Position numbers and translations under genes: made by a program. From Haliotis cracherodii (taxonomy: Eukaryota), in contig NW_027266319.1 of NCBI RefSeq assembly GCF_022045235.1, positions 8,494,001 to 8,558,000 on the forward strand: DNA of 64,000 nucleotides, written 5' to 3'. The notes beneath the pieces were generated by a model. That model searched no databases, was not told the DNA's origin, and saw only the letters and a list, made by a program, of their open reading frames with translations. Below are positions 1 to 12,608 of the stretch, in pieces (within the stretch, counting starts at the first letter, position 1; each line of letters starts with the position of its first letter).

Positions 1-238
1 CCAAGCTTTTATGTATGTTATTGTTCGGTTTACTCTTGATGAGGGCTGGAGCGAAATGTTTCTCATCCATCTGAGAGGTATTGATGCTGTGGTAAACGGA
101 GAGTGTTGAATTATATTTATGCAGGATTAACTCGTCTTTTTGCGAACATCTGGAAGCATCACTAACTGATAGTGATTCTTCAACCATTATCATGGCGTTA
201 GGCTGTTGGTGATTCTGGGCCAGGAATTCACTGACCAT
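1..238 (-). CDS. Candidate first coding exon of a neighbouring minus-strand gene, open to the window edge (MVSEFLAQNHQQPNAMIMVEESLSVSD...PNNNIHKSL)
   Basis: 79 stop-free codons from the ATG at 238 to position 1 in non-repetitive sequence, with an in-frame upstream TAG. Missing from the ORF track because it has no stop. No recognisable domain. Confidence 0.35.
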   Translation of the reverse strand, partial: MVSEFLAQNHQQPNAMIMVEESLSVSDASRCSQKDELILHKYNSTLSVYHSINTSQMDEKHFAPALIKSKPNNNIHKSL

Positions 239-1102
239 TCGGAAGGTTCTTTCAAACAAGTAAAACTGACGCAACTATTGGCCATTTTGCAAAATTATAA
301 AGAAATAAGAAGAAAAGAAAAGACCAATAAAGAGGTACTCCGGGAAAGAAAACAGCAAATTTTCATTATTTGTCCATTACAGAATCACATGTACGTAATA
401 GTACAACGGAGACTCTGATTTAAGCTGTGGTTTCTTATGGCTACGGGAATGGCTTGTCGTGCTTTTATTCATGTAATTAGAGTAGTAATAGAGTATACAA
501 CGTGGTAAGTTAAAATGTTTTCGTATTTTACAGCTTTTTGGGGCATTTCCCCAAACCAAAGCCGTCAGTAAGTTATAATTTTGGAAGAGTGAGTTGTGTT
601 TTACGCAGCTGTGATCAGTATTTAAATGATATTCAGGATGTGCCAACTTAATGTGAAAGGGGCACCCGAGGTGATACAGTATTACGGGACACCAAAAGAT
701 ATGCGGTATAACGATGATATCCACGAGCAAATGCCTGCTGCTGACATACCGGTGATAATAACCAGGGCGAGTCTAATGTATCACGATCACAGGATAATGA
801 CACGCCTAAGGGACGCAACTCTGCGCAGCGCACTGTATCTCCTTGAACATTGTGGTCACCGTGCTCCTCTGGCTATGTAGGAGGGTGATTTTATGTATTT
901 CTGTGCCCTGGTGAGCATAAACTGCCGGGCAAAAATATATCTCAAAACCATTTGGTTACATGAACAGTTATGAACGTTGGTAGAAGTTTACAAGAGCTTT
1001 ATCACGGAATGTTTGTCAATTGTCAATGTACAGTAGTTTATCTAATAAACATGTTGTACTACCATGATCAACATGGCCTGGCTACCTGCCATGGCGATAG
1101 TT

Positions 1103-1204
1103 CGCCACAAGGTGTGTTTCTCCACCACGTAACACTGCACCAGGTAATATGTGTGTGGGGTACCACAAGGTCAGTCTATCCGCCACCTTACACTGCACCA
1201 TGTA

Positions 1205-1239
<35 letters not shown>

Positions 1240-1293
1240 TGTGGATACCACAAGGTGAGTCTCTACACCACCTTACACTGCACCATGTACTAT

Positions 1294-1324
<31 letters not shown>

Positions 1325-2120
1325 GGGGGGCGGGGGGGTACCACAAGACCTTACACTGCACCAGGTTATAAGTGGGGGTGGGGGTGGTACCACAAGGTGT
1401 GTCTCTACACCACCTTACACTGCACCAGGTGATATGTGTTGGGGGGTACCACAAGGTGAGTCTCTCTGCCACCTTACACTGCACCAGGTGATATGTGTTG
1501 GGGAGTACCACAAGGTGTGTCTCTACACCACCTTACACTGCACCAGGCTATATGTGTTGGGGGGTACCTCAAGGTGAGTCTCTCTGCCACCTTACACTGC
1601 ACCAGGTGATATGTGTTGGGGGGTACCTCAAGGTGAGTCTCTCTGCCACCTTACACTGCACCAGGTGATATGTGTTGGGGTGGTACCACAAGGTGTGTCT
1701 CTACACCACCTTACACTGCACCAGGCTATATGTGTTGGGGGGTACCTCAAGGTGAGTCTCTCTGCCACCTTACACTGCACCAGGTGATATGTGTTGGGGG
1801 GTACCACAAGGTGAGTCTCTACACCACCTTACACTGCACCAGGTGATATGTGTTGGGGGGTACCACAAGGTGAGTCTCTCTGCCACTTACACTGCACCAG
1901 GTTTATGTGTGTAGGGTACCACAAGGTGAGTCTCTCTGCCACTTACACTGCACCAGGTGATATGTGTGTCTCTCCGCCACCTTACACTGCAGCAGGTTAT
2001 ATGTGTGTAGGGTACCACAAGGGGAGTCTCTCCACCATCTAACACTGCACAAGGTAATATGTGGGGGTAACACAAGGTGAGTCTCCCCGCCACTTTACGC
2101 TCTACCAGGTAATATGTGGG
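1103..2120. repeat. 59-bp minisatellite (~17 copies) with embedded (GT)n and poly-G
   Basis: Unit CACCTTACACTGCACCAGGTGATATGTGTTGGGGGGTACCACAAGGTGAGTCTCTCTGC; period 59 at 1411/1470/1529. Confidence 0.95.
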
Positions 2121-3201
2121 ATTCTATCCTTTGAAGTTCTTTCTCAGGTTTTGTTCGTCTCCTTTGTTTGCAAACAACCCACGTTATGAGATCCCATTGT
2201 GGTTTGTGACAGCTCAACTTTATGCAAACTCATTTCTGTAATTAATGTGCTGTGGCCCATGATAATGTCAATACGAGTTGGAACGTATTCATCACACCAC
2301 ACAGACACGCACGTATGTATGATCAGGTCAGTATGTTAAGTTACACAAATGTTTTTGTTTGTAAATCAGTGTTAATGACACTTTATATTGTTCCTCTTGT
2401 CATACCGAATGACATATTGAATAACACGCACGTATACTCGCAATGAACATGTTTGAAAGCAATATATTTAATTGATTATGAACATAAACACCATACAGTT
2501 TACATCATTTGAAAAATGCTTCAATCAATTAATGCTTTCACATTTGATCTATAGGTAAAAGAACCTGAGAACCATGACTCTAAAATTCACTAATGTGTTT
2601 GGTAGGGTGTGTATTTCAGTCATCCTTGGCCCTTCTACATTCACAGTCACCGCCTCGCCCTCTTACAAGTCTACAATGTGAGAAACTTGGTCAGGCAGTC
2701 TTCCCCTTCTCCACAACAAAGCAATGATTGTTCTCAAACAGAAGCATTTTACTTAGCCCTTACACCATCATGCCGTCATGTGAACAACAGTAGACACATT
2801 TTCTCACAAATGGATCTGACTTGTTTTCTCGGTGGTGATTTATCGGAATGAATACAGACTTTGAATCTCTAAATATTTAGGTTTTTTTATAAACATAGCT
2901 TATTGATTACAGGTGGTGGTCTTATTGAATAATGATTAATTACCTTCTCGCGCACATATTTGATCCTTGGTTACCCGTCTACTGAGAAGTACAATAATGT
3001 ATGTTTTATTGCCAAACAACCAAGTTAACAAGTGTTATATGGTTGTGTTTTTGTGTATCTGAGAACACTAACTGTAAATGTGTAAACACGAGAAGATAAA
3101 TATTGGTTCTGTTTTCTCTGTATAGCGTCACACATCTCATATGGAGACGTTCAAGATGCGTTTACGTTCCACTGATTACGTCTGAAAGTGTATTACAATA
3201 A

Positions 3202-3330
3202 TATATGGAACAAAAGAAGTTAGGGATCAAGAATATTTTTGGGGATATTTTTATAAAATTTTGTGCTCAGTCTTCACTGCAAAAATATCCCCCAAAATAT
3301 TCATGTTTCTAAACATTTTTGTTCAGTGTA
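3202..3330. mobile_element. Degenerate fold-back MITE (Tc1/mariner-like, TA ends)
   Basis: Imperfect inverted arms GAACAAAA...GAATATTTTTGGGGATATTTT / AAAATATCCCCCAAAATATTC...TTTTGTTCAGTGTA. Confidence 0.6.
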
Positions 3331-4687
3331 GTTTTTTTATGAAACTTTACACTTGACTTCCTTCAGTGTGAAGAATAATGGTCATAAGCTTGTTAACATA
3401 ATAATAAATGCACTTTAAATATTTGTCTAGGTTACCATATCGGTAAACTATTAATCAGTCGTCTTAAACGACGCAAACAGTTGTGAGTTGCGTCCCTTAG
3501 CTATGCCAGGATGTTCAGGTTGTTGGTTCATCACTATACCAGTGCTCATGGGAGTCACGAAGGTGGCGAAAGTCTACGGCCCGGATAACGTTGGAGTGTG
3601 CTACGCTGTAACTCAATAACTCACTATCGATAATCATTGACAGGATCAACTGCTTTGACACAATGTCGCTTATGCGATTTGAGGATCATATCTGAAACTG
3701 ATGACGTTATATGCAGGTTTAAATTATGAGCTTCGAATTGTTTATTGATAAATTGATAAAATATACCAACGTATTGATTGCATGACACATCTGGTGTGAT
3801 TCAGTGGTGTACAGTAGCTCAAGTAAAAAGGATTTAACGCAAAAATCACAACAATTCGCGCGGTGTTACTATTGCGTGATTGTATATATGCATGTAAAGA
3901 GGATATTATTTATCATACCATGTTTACGATACGAGTGTCTGACGTTCGCTCTCGCTCGTGAAATACCGGATTTTAGGCACGAGTGTCGCATAGTATGACA
4001 TGAGCACGTATGTATGTATGTATGGATGTATGTATGTATGTATGTATGTACACGCGAGTGTGTTTTAAATATACCGACCATGTTAAAATCTTATACAACG
4101 CCAAATGTGTCATACCTTAAATATTGCAACATAATGTAACAATTCGAGTTCTCATTAAAGCCACACAACCCTTTCCATATTCATAAGAGTCCATTGTACG
4201 ATTCCGTCTACAACATGAGCAGAATAAAGATATCCACAAACTTAACGTTTAATTCTGTTATTGAGCATACATTTATACAAACCTTGATATTAGACCTTTA
4301 AAGTGGGGGTATAGCGCGACCCTCACCTCTGCTTTAATCAGGAGCCAGGGTTAACGACCCCAGTACAATATTGTATCAATCAACGCCTAATCTACCTATC
4401 GGTTACCTGTTTACGATAATTCCTTGCCACCTTCCTCATTACCAGCTCGACACAAATACCTCAACAGCTACAGTGGTAATCAGATTTACGACCTGTTTAA
4501 ATCACACACCGACTTGGTGTGGGCTGCTACACTCTCCTGGTTATCGTGGTCCTTATGTAATTTGTATTTTAGGAGTCTATAAAGGTGACACGTTCATGTT
4601 CATTTGTTGCTATCAACATGTCTTTTATTTTGTGTTACATGTCATTATTGATGTAAGGGATGAGGAAAACAACATATATTGTTTATT

Positions 4688-4822
4688 GGTGAGTGAGTGA
4701 GTGGGTAGGTTGGTGGGTGGGTGGGTGGGTGGGTTTTGCTGAGTGAGTGAGTGAGTGAGTGAGTGAGTGAGTGAGTGAGTGGGTGTATGAGTGAGTGAGT
4801 GAGTGAGTGAGTGAGTGAGTGA
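4688..4822. repeat. (GAGT)n/(GGGT)n microsatellite
   Basis: Direct read; a similar tract lies at 38520-38922. Confidence 0.95.
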
Positions 4823-5140
4823 GGTTTAACAGTATTCCAGCAATTATGATGCTGACATAAACGACAAAACTATTTCCATAATCATAAAATGTCTCCACCT
4901 AAAGCAGAGTCTATTGTATGATTTCATCCATATCATAAGCATGCGTTTATGAATCACAATCAAACAGTGATAGAACCAGGTGTTCTCGAAGTAATACACG
5001 GGAACAACCAATGGATTAAAACAACTGAGGATTGGAGAATGTTGGTTTCGATTGGTATTAATATAATCAAATCGGTTTGTTCCAGACCGGAAAACAATGA
5101 CTTTGTCACTACCGTTAGAAACACTCGACAAGCTGAACTA

Positions 5141-5316
5141 CAGTAAACTACGTTTTTAACGAACACGCTTATAACGAACTGACCGATATAACGAACTTAT
5201 GTTTTAGTCACGGGGATTTGTTGTATATATGCTGTACATACATGTATGCTTATAACGAACTACGGTTATTACGAACTCAACTTAGCGGTCCCTTTTGTTA
5301 TAACCGTAGTCTACTG
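5141..5316. mobile_element. MITE family A (TIR CAGTAAACTACGGTTATAAC, TA TSD; Tc1/mariner-type)
   Basis: TA-CAGTAAACTACG...CGTAGTCTACTG-TA with internal ATAACGAAC repeats; related copies at 29861-30035 and 63184-63354, fragment at ~55126. Confidence 0.85.
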
Positions 5317-5519
5317 TATTTTGTCTTTAAGCTTTTTTCCTTTTTTTTCTATGGGGACGGATGAGGATTTTGGTAATGAAACATTTGGTAGTTCGTAAAG
5401 AAATGCATTGTACATGATTTATTTAATCATCTTAAAGTTGTTTTGGATCGGTAGGTGATACGAAACTAAAATGCTTGGGCTGGTTTGTGTCCTTATAGAT
5501 ATTAGCTATGTAAAATCTG

Positions 5520-5910
5520 AGAGCGAAAGGTCGGGGTTCGATCCCCGGTCGCGTCATACCCAAGGACTTGAAAAGATGGTACTTGTTGTAACCCTGCCTG
5601 GCGCTCGGCATGAAAGGGATGAAGGACTGGTCGGCGCGTAGTATTCTGTGTCTGATGAGGGTGTCCATGTTAAACTGCCGCTTGGTATCTATAAAAGGAC
5701 GCTACCACTATAAAACCGGAATTAGTCCAGACCAGTTGAAAGCCACACACATATGAAACCACGTACATGCACGTCGCCATGTGCCTTCAAAAAACTTTAC
5801 GCGACGTTAACCTCCATTTCACCTCACCTCACCTCACCTCACCTCACCTCAACTCACCTCAACTCACCTCACCTTACCTCACCTCACCTCAACTCAACTC
5901 AACTCAACTC
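5520..5910 (+). mobile_element. tRNA-derived SINE family M (Meta-like central domain), 5'-truncated, (CACCT)n tail
   Basis: B box GGTTCGATCCC, then GTCATACC..AGAC..AAAAGATGGTACTTG..CCCTGCCTGGCGCTCGGCA; other partial copies at 6630-6810 and 8162-8430. Confidence 0.85.
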
Positions 5911-6440
5911 AGCTGAATTCATCGCACCTAACCCAAGTACGCTTAAACACTACGTGTTATGTGAATGTTCGTGTTGACAGTTATGTATATTCTGAGAACT
6001 AAACTCGCATGTATTGACTGCAGTCAGAAAAGTACGCTTTGATCCAGCCGATAAGAGATATGTCGTTTACACTACAGTCGATTTCAGCTCTAACAACGGA
6101 ACTACATCAGCTCTTAGCATTGATCATTAATGTTATTGATCATGTTCATATTGAATTTTTTATATGAAGAAGGTCCATGACTTGGCTCTGCCTTGAGTAC
6201 AGATTGTGTGACCTCGAGCCAGGATGAACTGGAATGTAACTCGTTTCAATGCAAAATATTTTTTTATGTGAAGTTTACACGATATACGGCTTTTCCATTG
6301 GACGAGAGGTCGGTCACGTGACCGCGAAATGGACAATCGTGTATTATCTCCCTGCTTAAATGAACTCTCACAAAGTGAAAGTCAATACTTGTTTTTCACA
6401 TACATAACATTAGAATGAATTTCTTCTGTAAATCAGGCTG

Positions 6441-6590
6441 TAGGGAAGCCAAGTGGTTAAAGCGTTCGCTCGTCACGCCAAATGTCCTGGTTCGATTCTT
6501 TGCATGGGTACAATGTTCTGAATCCCATTTAAGATTTGCTGCGCTGTGTCGTTGCTGGAATGTTGCCTAGAGCGGTGTAAAATCATACAC
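6441..6590 (+). mobile_element. tRNA-Asp-derived SINE family D (diverged copy)
   Basis: AGTGGTTAAAGCGTTCGCTCGTCACGCC...GGTTCGATTC. Further copies at 8430-8577, 8707-8850 and 41974-42035 (+); 14950-15082, 16143-16290, 21555-21685, 21762-21918, 29179-29345 and 63050-63120 (-). Confidence 0.85.
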
Positions 6591-7319
6591 ACTTCCTCTT
6601 CTAAAATTCTTTCATTCGGCCTCAATAGACGACCGCCTCCGTGGACTGAGGGAAAGAGCGTCTGCGGGAGATCGACGGTCGGTGGTTCGATCTCCGGCTG
6701 CGTCATACAAAAAGACGTTACAGGATGGTACTTGTTGTTACCCCGCCTGGTAGTGGATATAACAAGGACTGATCGGCTTGAATTATGTATACGGTATACT
6801 CAACTCAGCTCAATAGATAGAACGTAATGTTACGGAAAACAGAAGGATATGTTAGTGAAGATAGTCCTTGAAAATGTAAATATGTATGAATCACTTGGAA
6901 CCATTGGTTAAATTACAACCAAATGGGGTTTAATGTGAATCTGTGAAGGGACGTGTAAGTCTGCACTGACTTCGCGGGGCTGTACAGTGGATAAACAATG
7001 GAACACTACGGGATAAAAGGATTTCGTCATTTGATCTATCAGTGAATGTCGAGTTTACGTGTCGCTTCGTGATGACCGATTTTTTCAAAGCGAATCAATC
7101 TGAAAAATACAAATACAAAAAACAATACATGTATGTATGTAAGAACTTACTTAATTTCTTTATCTTTTGCATCTACATTTTTTGTATTTATCTAGGTAAT
7201 ATAAGCAAACACACATTGAAATAAATTCTTATACATAAATACGTCAACAACCACAGACTGCTTATTTAGAAATTACCACACAAAAGAACACATCGTTCAT
7301 GCGAATAATGCAACACAAG

Positions 7320-7440
7320 CCGCGCCCTCTCTATTATCTTCCAATCAGAAACAGTAGTTCGTTAATGGGCGTGGCCTATGTTTTTGCCTGTTTACGGAAA
7401 CATAAATGCAAACATATGGTTTGGTAAGCCAATCAGATGC
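7320..7440. promoter_or_regulatory. Promoter/enhancer-like motif cluster (2x CCAAT box, GC box, X-box-like and forkhead-like sites)
   Basis: CCAATCAG twice, GGGCGTGGC, GTTTACGGAAAC and TGTTTAC/GCAAACA within 120 bp. Confidence 0.4.
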
Positions 7441-8863
7441 AACAGACCAGAAAATGAGCAAACTTGGCTTCAATACACTGTAAAAGCAGCATTGCACCTG
7501 TAAACCATGCACACAGGTGATGTTTTAACACCGTCGTACAGCATTTCGGTATTTAGCTTAATGTGGGACAAATCTCGAAAAGATGCAGGTCTAAGATGTT
7601 TACCACATTGCTGAAATCCACGATCAACTGATATGGTTCTGACAAACATAAACACATAATCATGTAGAGGTTTCTGGTAAGCCTACGAGATGCACAGTGA
7701 ATTGCGGCGCCTTCGACGTCTAGGCCCCGTGCGACATTTTTATTTGTGACCTCACCGCTCACTGACCTTTCAAACACATAAATATGTTTACCTCTGCTGA
7801 TTCTCTGTAGGCCATATTGCCAAATATATATTGCCACATAGAATTAAAATGGCGCATTGATAGACCCTCAGGTAGAACCTGGCGAGCGAAAGCTCTGGCA
7901 TAGTGTATGCTTCAGTGAACAGAAGCCAGGACAACAGGCCGATCAATTTGTATACCCCTGGCTGTGAACGGCTTTATAACAGCACATGAAAAGGGAACTG
8001 TTGGGACAATTTGTAATTGAGACGTAGATACATGCAAGGAAAGGTTATCTGGTGGATGTGTTAATCCTGGGTCACCGATCCATGGTCTCCTGTGGTCGAG
8101 CTGACGCCGTAGTTCTACCCGTATATTTCAGACAAACTGGTGGGAAAGCTGTTTCCCGAAGCTCGCCTCCGTAGTCTCGTAGAAAGAGCGTCTGGCCGCA
8201 GAGCGGAAGGTCGGTTGTTCGATCCTAACCGCGTCTTACCAAAAGACGTTAAAAATTGTACTTGTTGTTACCCTGCCTGTGGCTTGGTATTAAGGGTGAT
8301 AAAACGAAGACAGGTCGGCTCGAAGTCAGTGTACTCTGTCTGTGCGGGGTATCCATCTTATACTGCGGTGAGGTATCTTTGGGCTAGCACTATAAAACCG
8401 GCATGGTCCAGTCTGGTGTTAGCAAACACACCTAGTGGTTTAAGCTTTCGCTCGTCGAGCCGAAGTTCCGGGTTCGATTCCCGACATGGGCACAATGTGT
8501 GAAGCCCACTTCTGGTGCCCCCGTCGTGATATTGGTGGAATATTGCTAAAAGCGGCAAAAACAATATTCACTCACTATTACTTTAATGATATGCTTTACA
8601 TCCACCGTACAATCTCAGGTTACTGTGGACATCCAATTCTGTCTATGGACAGCATGCACAAGTTTCCGTTTTAAGCAGTTTTCATCCTCGCGTCTGTCAT
8701 CTGTTAGGGGCTGTTAGTAGCCCAGTGGTTAAAGCGTTCGCTCGTCACACGGAAGACCTGGGTTCGATTCATCACATGGGTTCAATATGTGAAGCCAGTT
8801 TCAGTAAAATTGCTGGAACATTGCTGGAAGTGGCCTGAGACCCATCACTGTCATCTTAATCTA

Positions 8864-9093
8864 CATTGCCGGGCAAAAGAACGTATGCACGTGAACATTG
8901 GACTTGACCCAAAAATTACGAACGTTATCAATACGTTACTAGGCTAAAACAATCGCCGAAACACTGCAATCTTTAGGTCCAAAACACAACGTATACCCGT
9001 ATCAAATACATCATCATATAATAATTATTTCATGTCTGTTGCATTTTTAGCCACCATCAAACATGGGTTTAAAATTCAAATAGCCCGGCAATT
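8864..9093. mobile_element. MITE family B (TIR CACTGCCGGGCAAAAG, TA TSD)
   Basis: TACATTGCCGGGCAAAAG...CCCGGCAATTTA; homologous copies at 30067-30405 and 48477-48694, partial at 13730-13935. Confidence 0.8.
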
Positions 9094-9965
9094 TATGTAT
9101 AAAATGTAATAAATAACCCATTTATGACTTTTCCAAAGTTTTAGAACACACAAAAACTTCAACATACAGATACAAAAATTTAAGCTTAATGGATCAAATT
9201 AAATGTAACGACTGAATAAAAATAATAATCTAATATTATAAGACATGAATTACGTAAAATGTTATGAATTTAAGAGAACTAAAACCATGCATGATGCCAT
9301 AAATAGCAGATTGGTCTTCGCGTGTAAGGCTTCCCCAATCATAAAATACATACTGACAAAAGATCTTCTTGATTCACTGAGCTGAATATAATAACAACGT
9401 GTTATTGTAAGTTAATACCGCACAAGAGGAACATGGGAAGCCTTATCTATGTAATCGCAGCGCAAACATGAATTGGGTTACTGTGGGGTTGTCAAGCTGT
9501 CAAAATCACGTCTCCGCCACCGGATTGACGTCAAATGTTTTCAGGTCGTTACAAGCGGTGTTAATTTTCAAACGGTGTGGTTAATTGTTGATATTATCGC
9601 TGCGGCGTTTTTCACACTGAGCTTCCATACTCCCGCCTCACACAACGAATCATATAGCCATGATTGCTGCCAATTAACAGTCTAAACAGCAAGGATTTGA
9701 ACTACTGGACAACAATGTGTTATATTGGATTTCATTCTATGGCATCTGGCTACATTCCTAAAAGTTTAGCATCAATTTTCGAAATTCCATTCTGATTATA
9801 CCCTTGCTAAAAATAATAGTTTGTGTCTGAAATAATAGTGTTTATGATTTTTTATGTTTATTTAATGCTTAGTCAGATAAGAAGGAGTATTTTATATCGA
9901 AATAAAATTTAAACATATAAACTTGATGTTATTGGCATTATATCATCAGACATGTTATGCCACTG

Positions 9966-10172
9966 TTTATTGGTTGTTTAACGCTGAGAAATATTCTAGC
10001 TATAGACGGATGCCTGTAAATAATCGAGTCTGGGCCAGACAATCCAGTGATTGATATCATAAACATCGATCCAGCTAATTGGGATACGAGCCTGACCATC
10101 CGATCCCGCTTGTCGCCTTTACAACAGCCATGGGCTGCTGAAGACCTATTCTAACCCGGATCTTCACGGGTC
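9966..10172 (-). mobile_element. Short retroposon family H (no tRNA head; starts GAYCCGTGAAGATCCGGG; (CAAA)n tail)
   Basis: Shares its 3' tail with SINE family D. Copies at 18455-18652, 20398-20662, 23330-23570, 27032-27255, 37035-37292, 52430-52660 and 63370-63570 (-); 28930-29110, 37843-37925 and 40214-40458 (+). Confidence 0.85.
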
Positions 10173-10284
10173 TGTATCACTGTGCTCCGCATGGAAACTG
10201 CAACAACAACATCAAGATCGATCATCAGCAAGAATGCCTCAGGTCCCTGTGAAGATATCATGTTAGATTCTCCAGTATCTATTG

Positions 10285-10388
10285 TATACTACTCAAAAGA
10301 AGTTAAAGAACACCCGATTATTTCATTATAGTTAATCTACAATAATATGAAAGTATCCGGTGTTCTTCTACTTCTTTTGAGTGGTATA
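10285..10388. mobile_element. ~100-bp hairpin MITE (TA-flanked)
   Basis: TATACTACTCAAAAGAAG...GAACACC / GGTGTTC...CTTCTTTTGAGTGGTATA inverted repeats. Confidence 0.75.
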
Positions 10389-10839
10389 TTTTGTGTGTCG
10401 ATAATGTGGCTTTGAACCCAGATTATTACCTGATACAAAGTCGATTATCTACAATCTGCCGTGATACAGCTAGCATATTGCTAACTGCGGACTTCAAGAA
10501 TATTCACTCACTCTAATTTGACATTTTATTTGACAGTACAGAAATGACTCACCATCGTCAAGACTCCCCGTGATGCTTTGATTTGATAAAATGTATCAAT
10601 TATATTTTATTCCTGCAAGGGGCATACGAATGTTGGGCTAGAGTACTCATTTGTATTGACAGACCGAATCACTGGCTGGCAGTCCAAACTTCGAATACAT
10701 CCATTATATTCCTATGACGAATTTGAAGACTGAGTTCTTATCTCAGTCAATGAACGTAACTGTTATTGTTCATACGGGGGGTTAACCTTACAAAATGTCT
10801 ATTAGCTATAGCATTAGACTACAGTTTATGACCCTTATC

Positions 10840-10848
10840 ATGCGTGCA

Positions 10849-10898
<50 letters not shown>

Positions 10899-11485
10899 TA
10901 TGCGTGCGTGCGTGCGTGCGTGCGTGCTTGCGTGCGTGCTTGCGTGCGTGCGTGTATACACAGAACTACTTTGAAAAACATTTGTTTTCGGATTTGATGA
11001 TTTTGTTGAGCTTGTGAAGAGCAGAATTTTAACATTTGAAACCTCTCCTTTGCTGTCGGTTCCAAATACAATTTCAGGGCATCAAATACTCATTAACGCC
11101 CGCAAATCTGTTCAATATGTACCCTCTAACTACCATAGAGTGCTACCTAAACATTCAGTCACGTACTCCCATGACACTTTAACGTAGATTCCTACAAACA
11201 CTCTTGTTAAGATGGTAAGCACATATTTTATCTTACATGCATATTGCTTGTTTGCCTGTCACGTCACTCAATCTACAATCAATGTGGTACCTATGTGTAG
11301 GAATATCAGTGTTGAGAAAGTATCTTATACGAAAGTGCGTATAACTTACACTTATACAAGGATTGATGTGATGGTGTAGATAGATAGATAGATAGGTAGG
11401 TAGATAGATAAATAGGGAAGGAGGGAGAGAGAGAGAGAGAGTGTGGGGAGAACGAGAGAGAGAGAGAGCGGGAGAGAGTGAGAGA
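10840..11485. repeat. (GT)n/(GCGT)n tract at 10840-10935 and (GATA)n/(GA)n tract at 11377-11485
   Basis: Direct read. Confidence 0.95.
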
Positions 11486-11782
11486 GGGATTTTATTTGAG
11501 TTGTCTGATAATATTTTCCGATAAAGGCCAATGGTTGATTGCTGAGACCCCTAAGCGGCAAGTATTTGGGAATACGTGGTTGGGTGCAGATCCTACCCTT
11601 AACACTGGCAGTGATTTACACAGCAGGGCTCTATCAGATATGCCCAGTCTGACGGATTATCAATTATAACGCGCGCGTGGACGTATTGAGGCAATGTAAT
11701 ACAAGTTAACATTGTTAAGGGGGAAGGAAGGGGGAAGCCCGGCTCATGCAATCACAGGTCCACACTAGTATTCACAGCGAGC

Positions 11783-11822
11783 TTTATATAGGTAACACAG
11801 GCGGGACTAACTCATATCACTC
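11783..11822 (+). promoter_or_regulatory. Putative TATA box and initiator for the host gene (promoter 1)
   Basis: TTTATATAGG at 11783 with TCATATCACTC ~28 nt downstream, followed by ~660 nt of repeat-free leader up to the ATG at 12479. Confidence 0.35.
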
Positions 11823-12478
11823 GCTTCTTAATCCGCAATCAGTCATGAGCGTGAAGGCAGTACCAAGTTATGTCAGGAGCCTTGTGGCTTATTTCATGCG
11901 CTGATAATACCCTACGCGGCCTACCAGGCTTACACAAAACAGCTTGGTAACGTCCATACCCGTTCCGATCCAGTGAGGAAAAATCCATAGGGTACAAAAG
12001 GCTATCAAAAGGATCTGAAAAAAATCAATGAGGCCCCTAGCCACCCTGTAACTGGGCGATTTGTCCATTTGTTAGTGGGACAGTGTTGAGAAAGCTTGGC
12101 CTGTGCTGGGCGACTCTGTCTTCACAACTCGGGTAGCTTTCAGACACGGATTTAATCAAAGGCAGGGGACGTTCCATGGTTTACTGAAGAACATTAAAAC
12201 TACGACTCCAGGATACCTTGAGATATTGGATTAACTGGATTCAAACCGTTGATGGGTTCTCAGGGGTCAGAACCGGGATAGACTGGAGATAGATGTGTCT
12301 AGTGGTGACTTTGTGGAGTGTCGTAGGCACATAATTCGCAGTGCATGAACTTGTAACCACGGACTGTTAATGATAGAAGGAGCTTCAGCATCTGGATACT
12401 TGCATTGAAAGAGAGATGCTGAACACCTTCATCACTCGACAGGTGTAACAGTGTCCTGGGACTCACAGAGGTGGCGGA

Positions 12479-12608
12479 ATGAGTGGTATCACCCTACCCC
12501 CCATCCCCGGGGCTGTCCCGGCCCCCCTGGCAGGTGAATCCCGACCCAGCAGTCGGAGCAGCACGTGCAGCACCTCCATGACCATCGTCCCCCACGTGTA
12601 CTACACAG
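12479..12608 (+). CDS. Host gene exon 1 (MSGITLPPIPG...VPHVYYT), phase-1 donor
   Basis: GC-rich ATG-initiated segment with an upstream in-frame TAA and a perfect donor CAG|GTGAGT; phase fits exon 31365. Confidence 0.7.

Noticed and set aside
11845-11904. 19-codon uORF in the putative leader
   Set aside because: Depends on an unverified TSS, and short uORFs are expected by chance in 660 nt.
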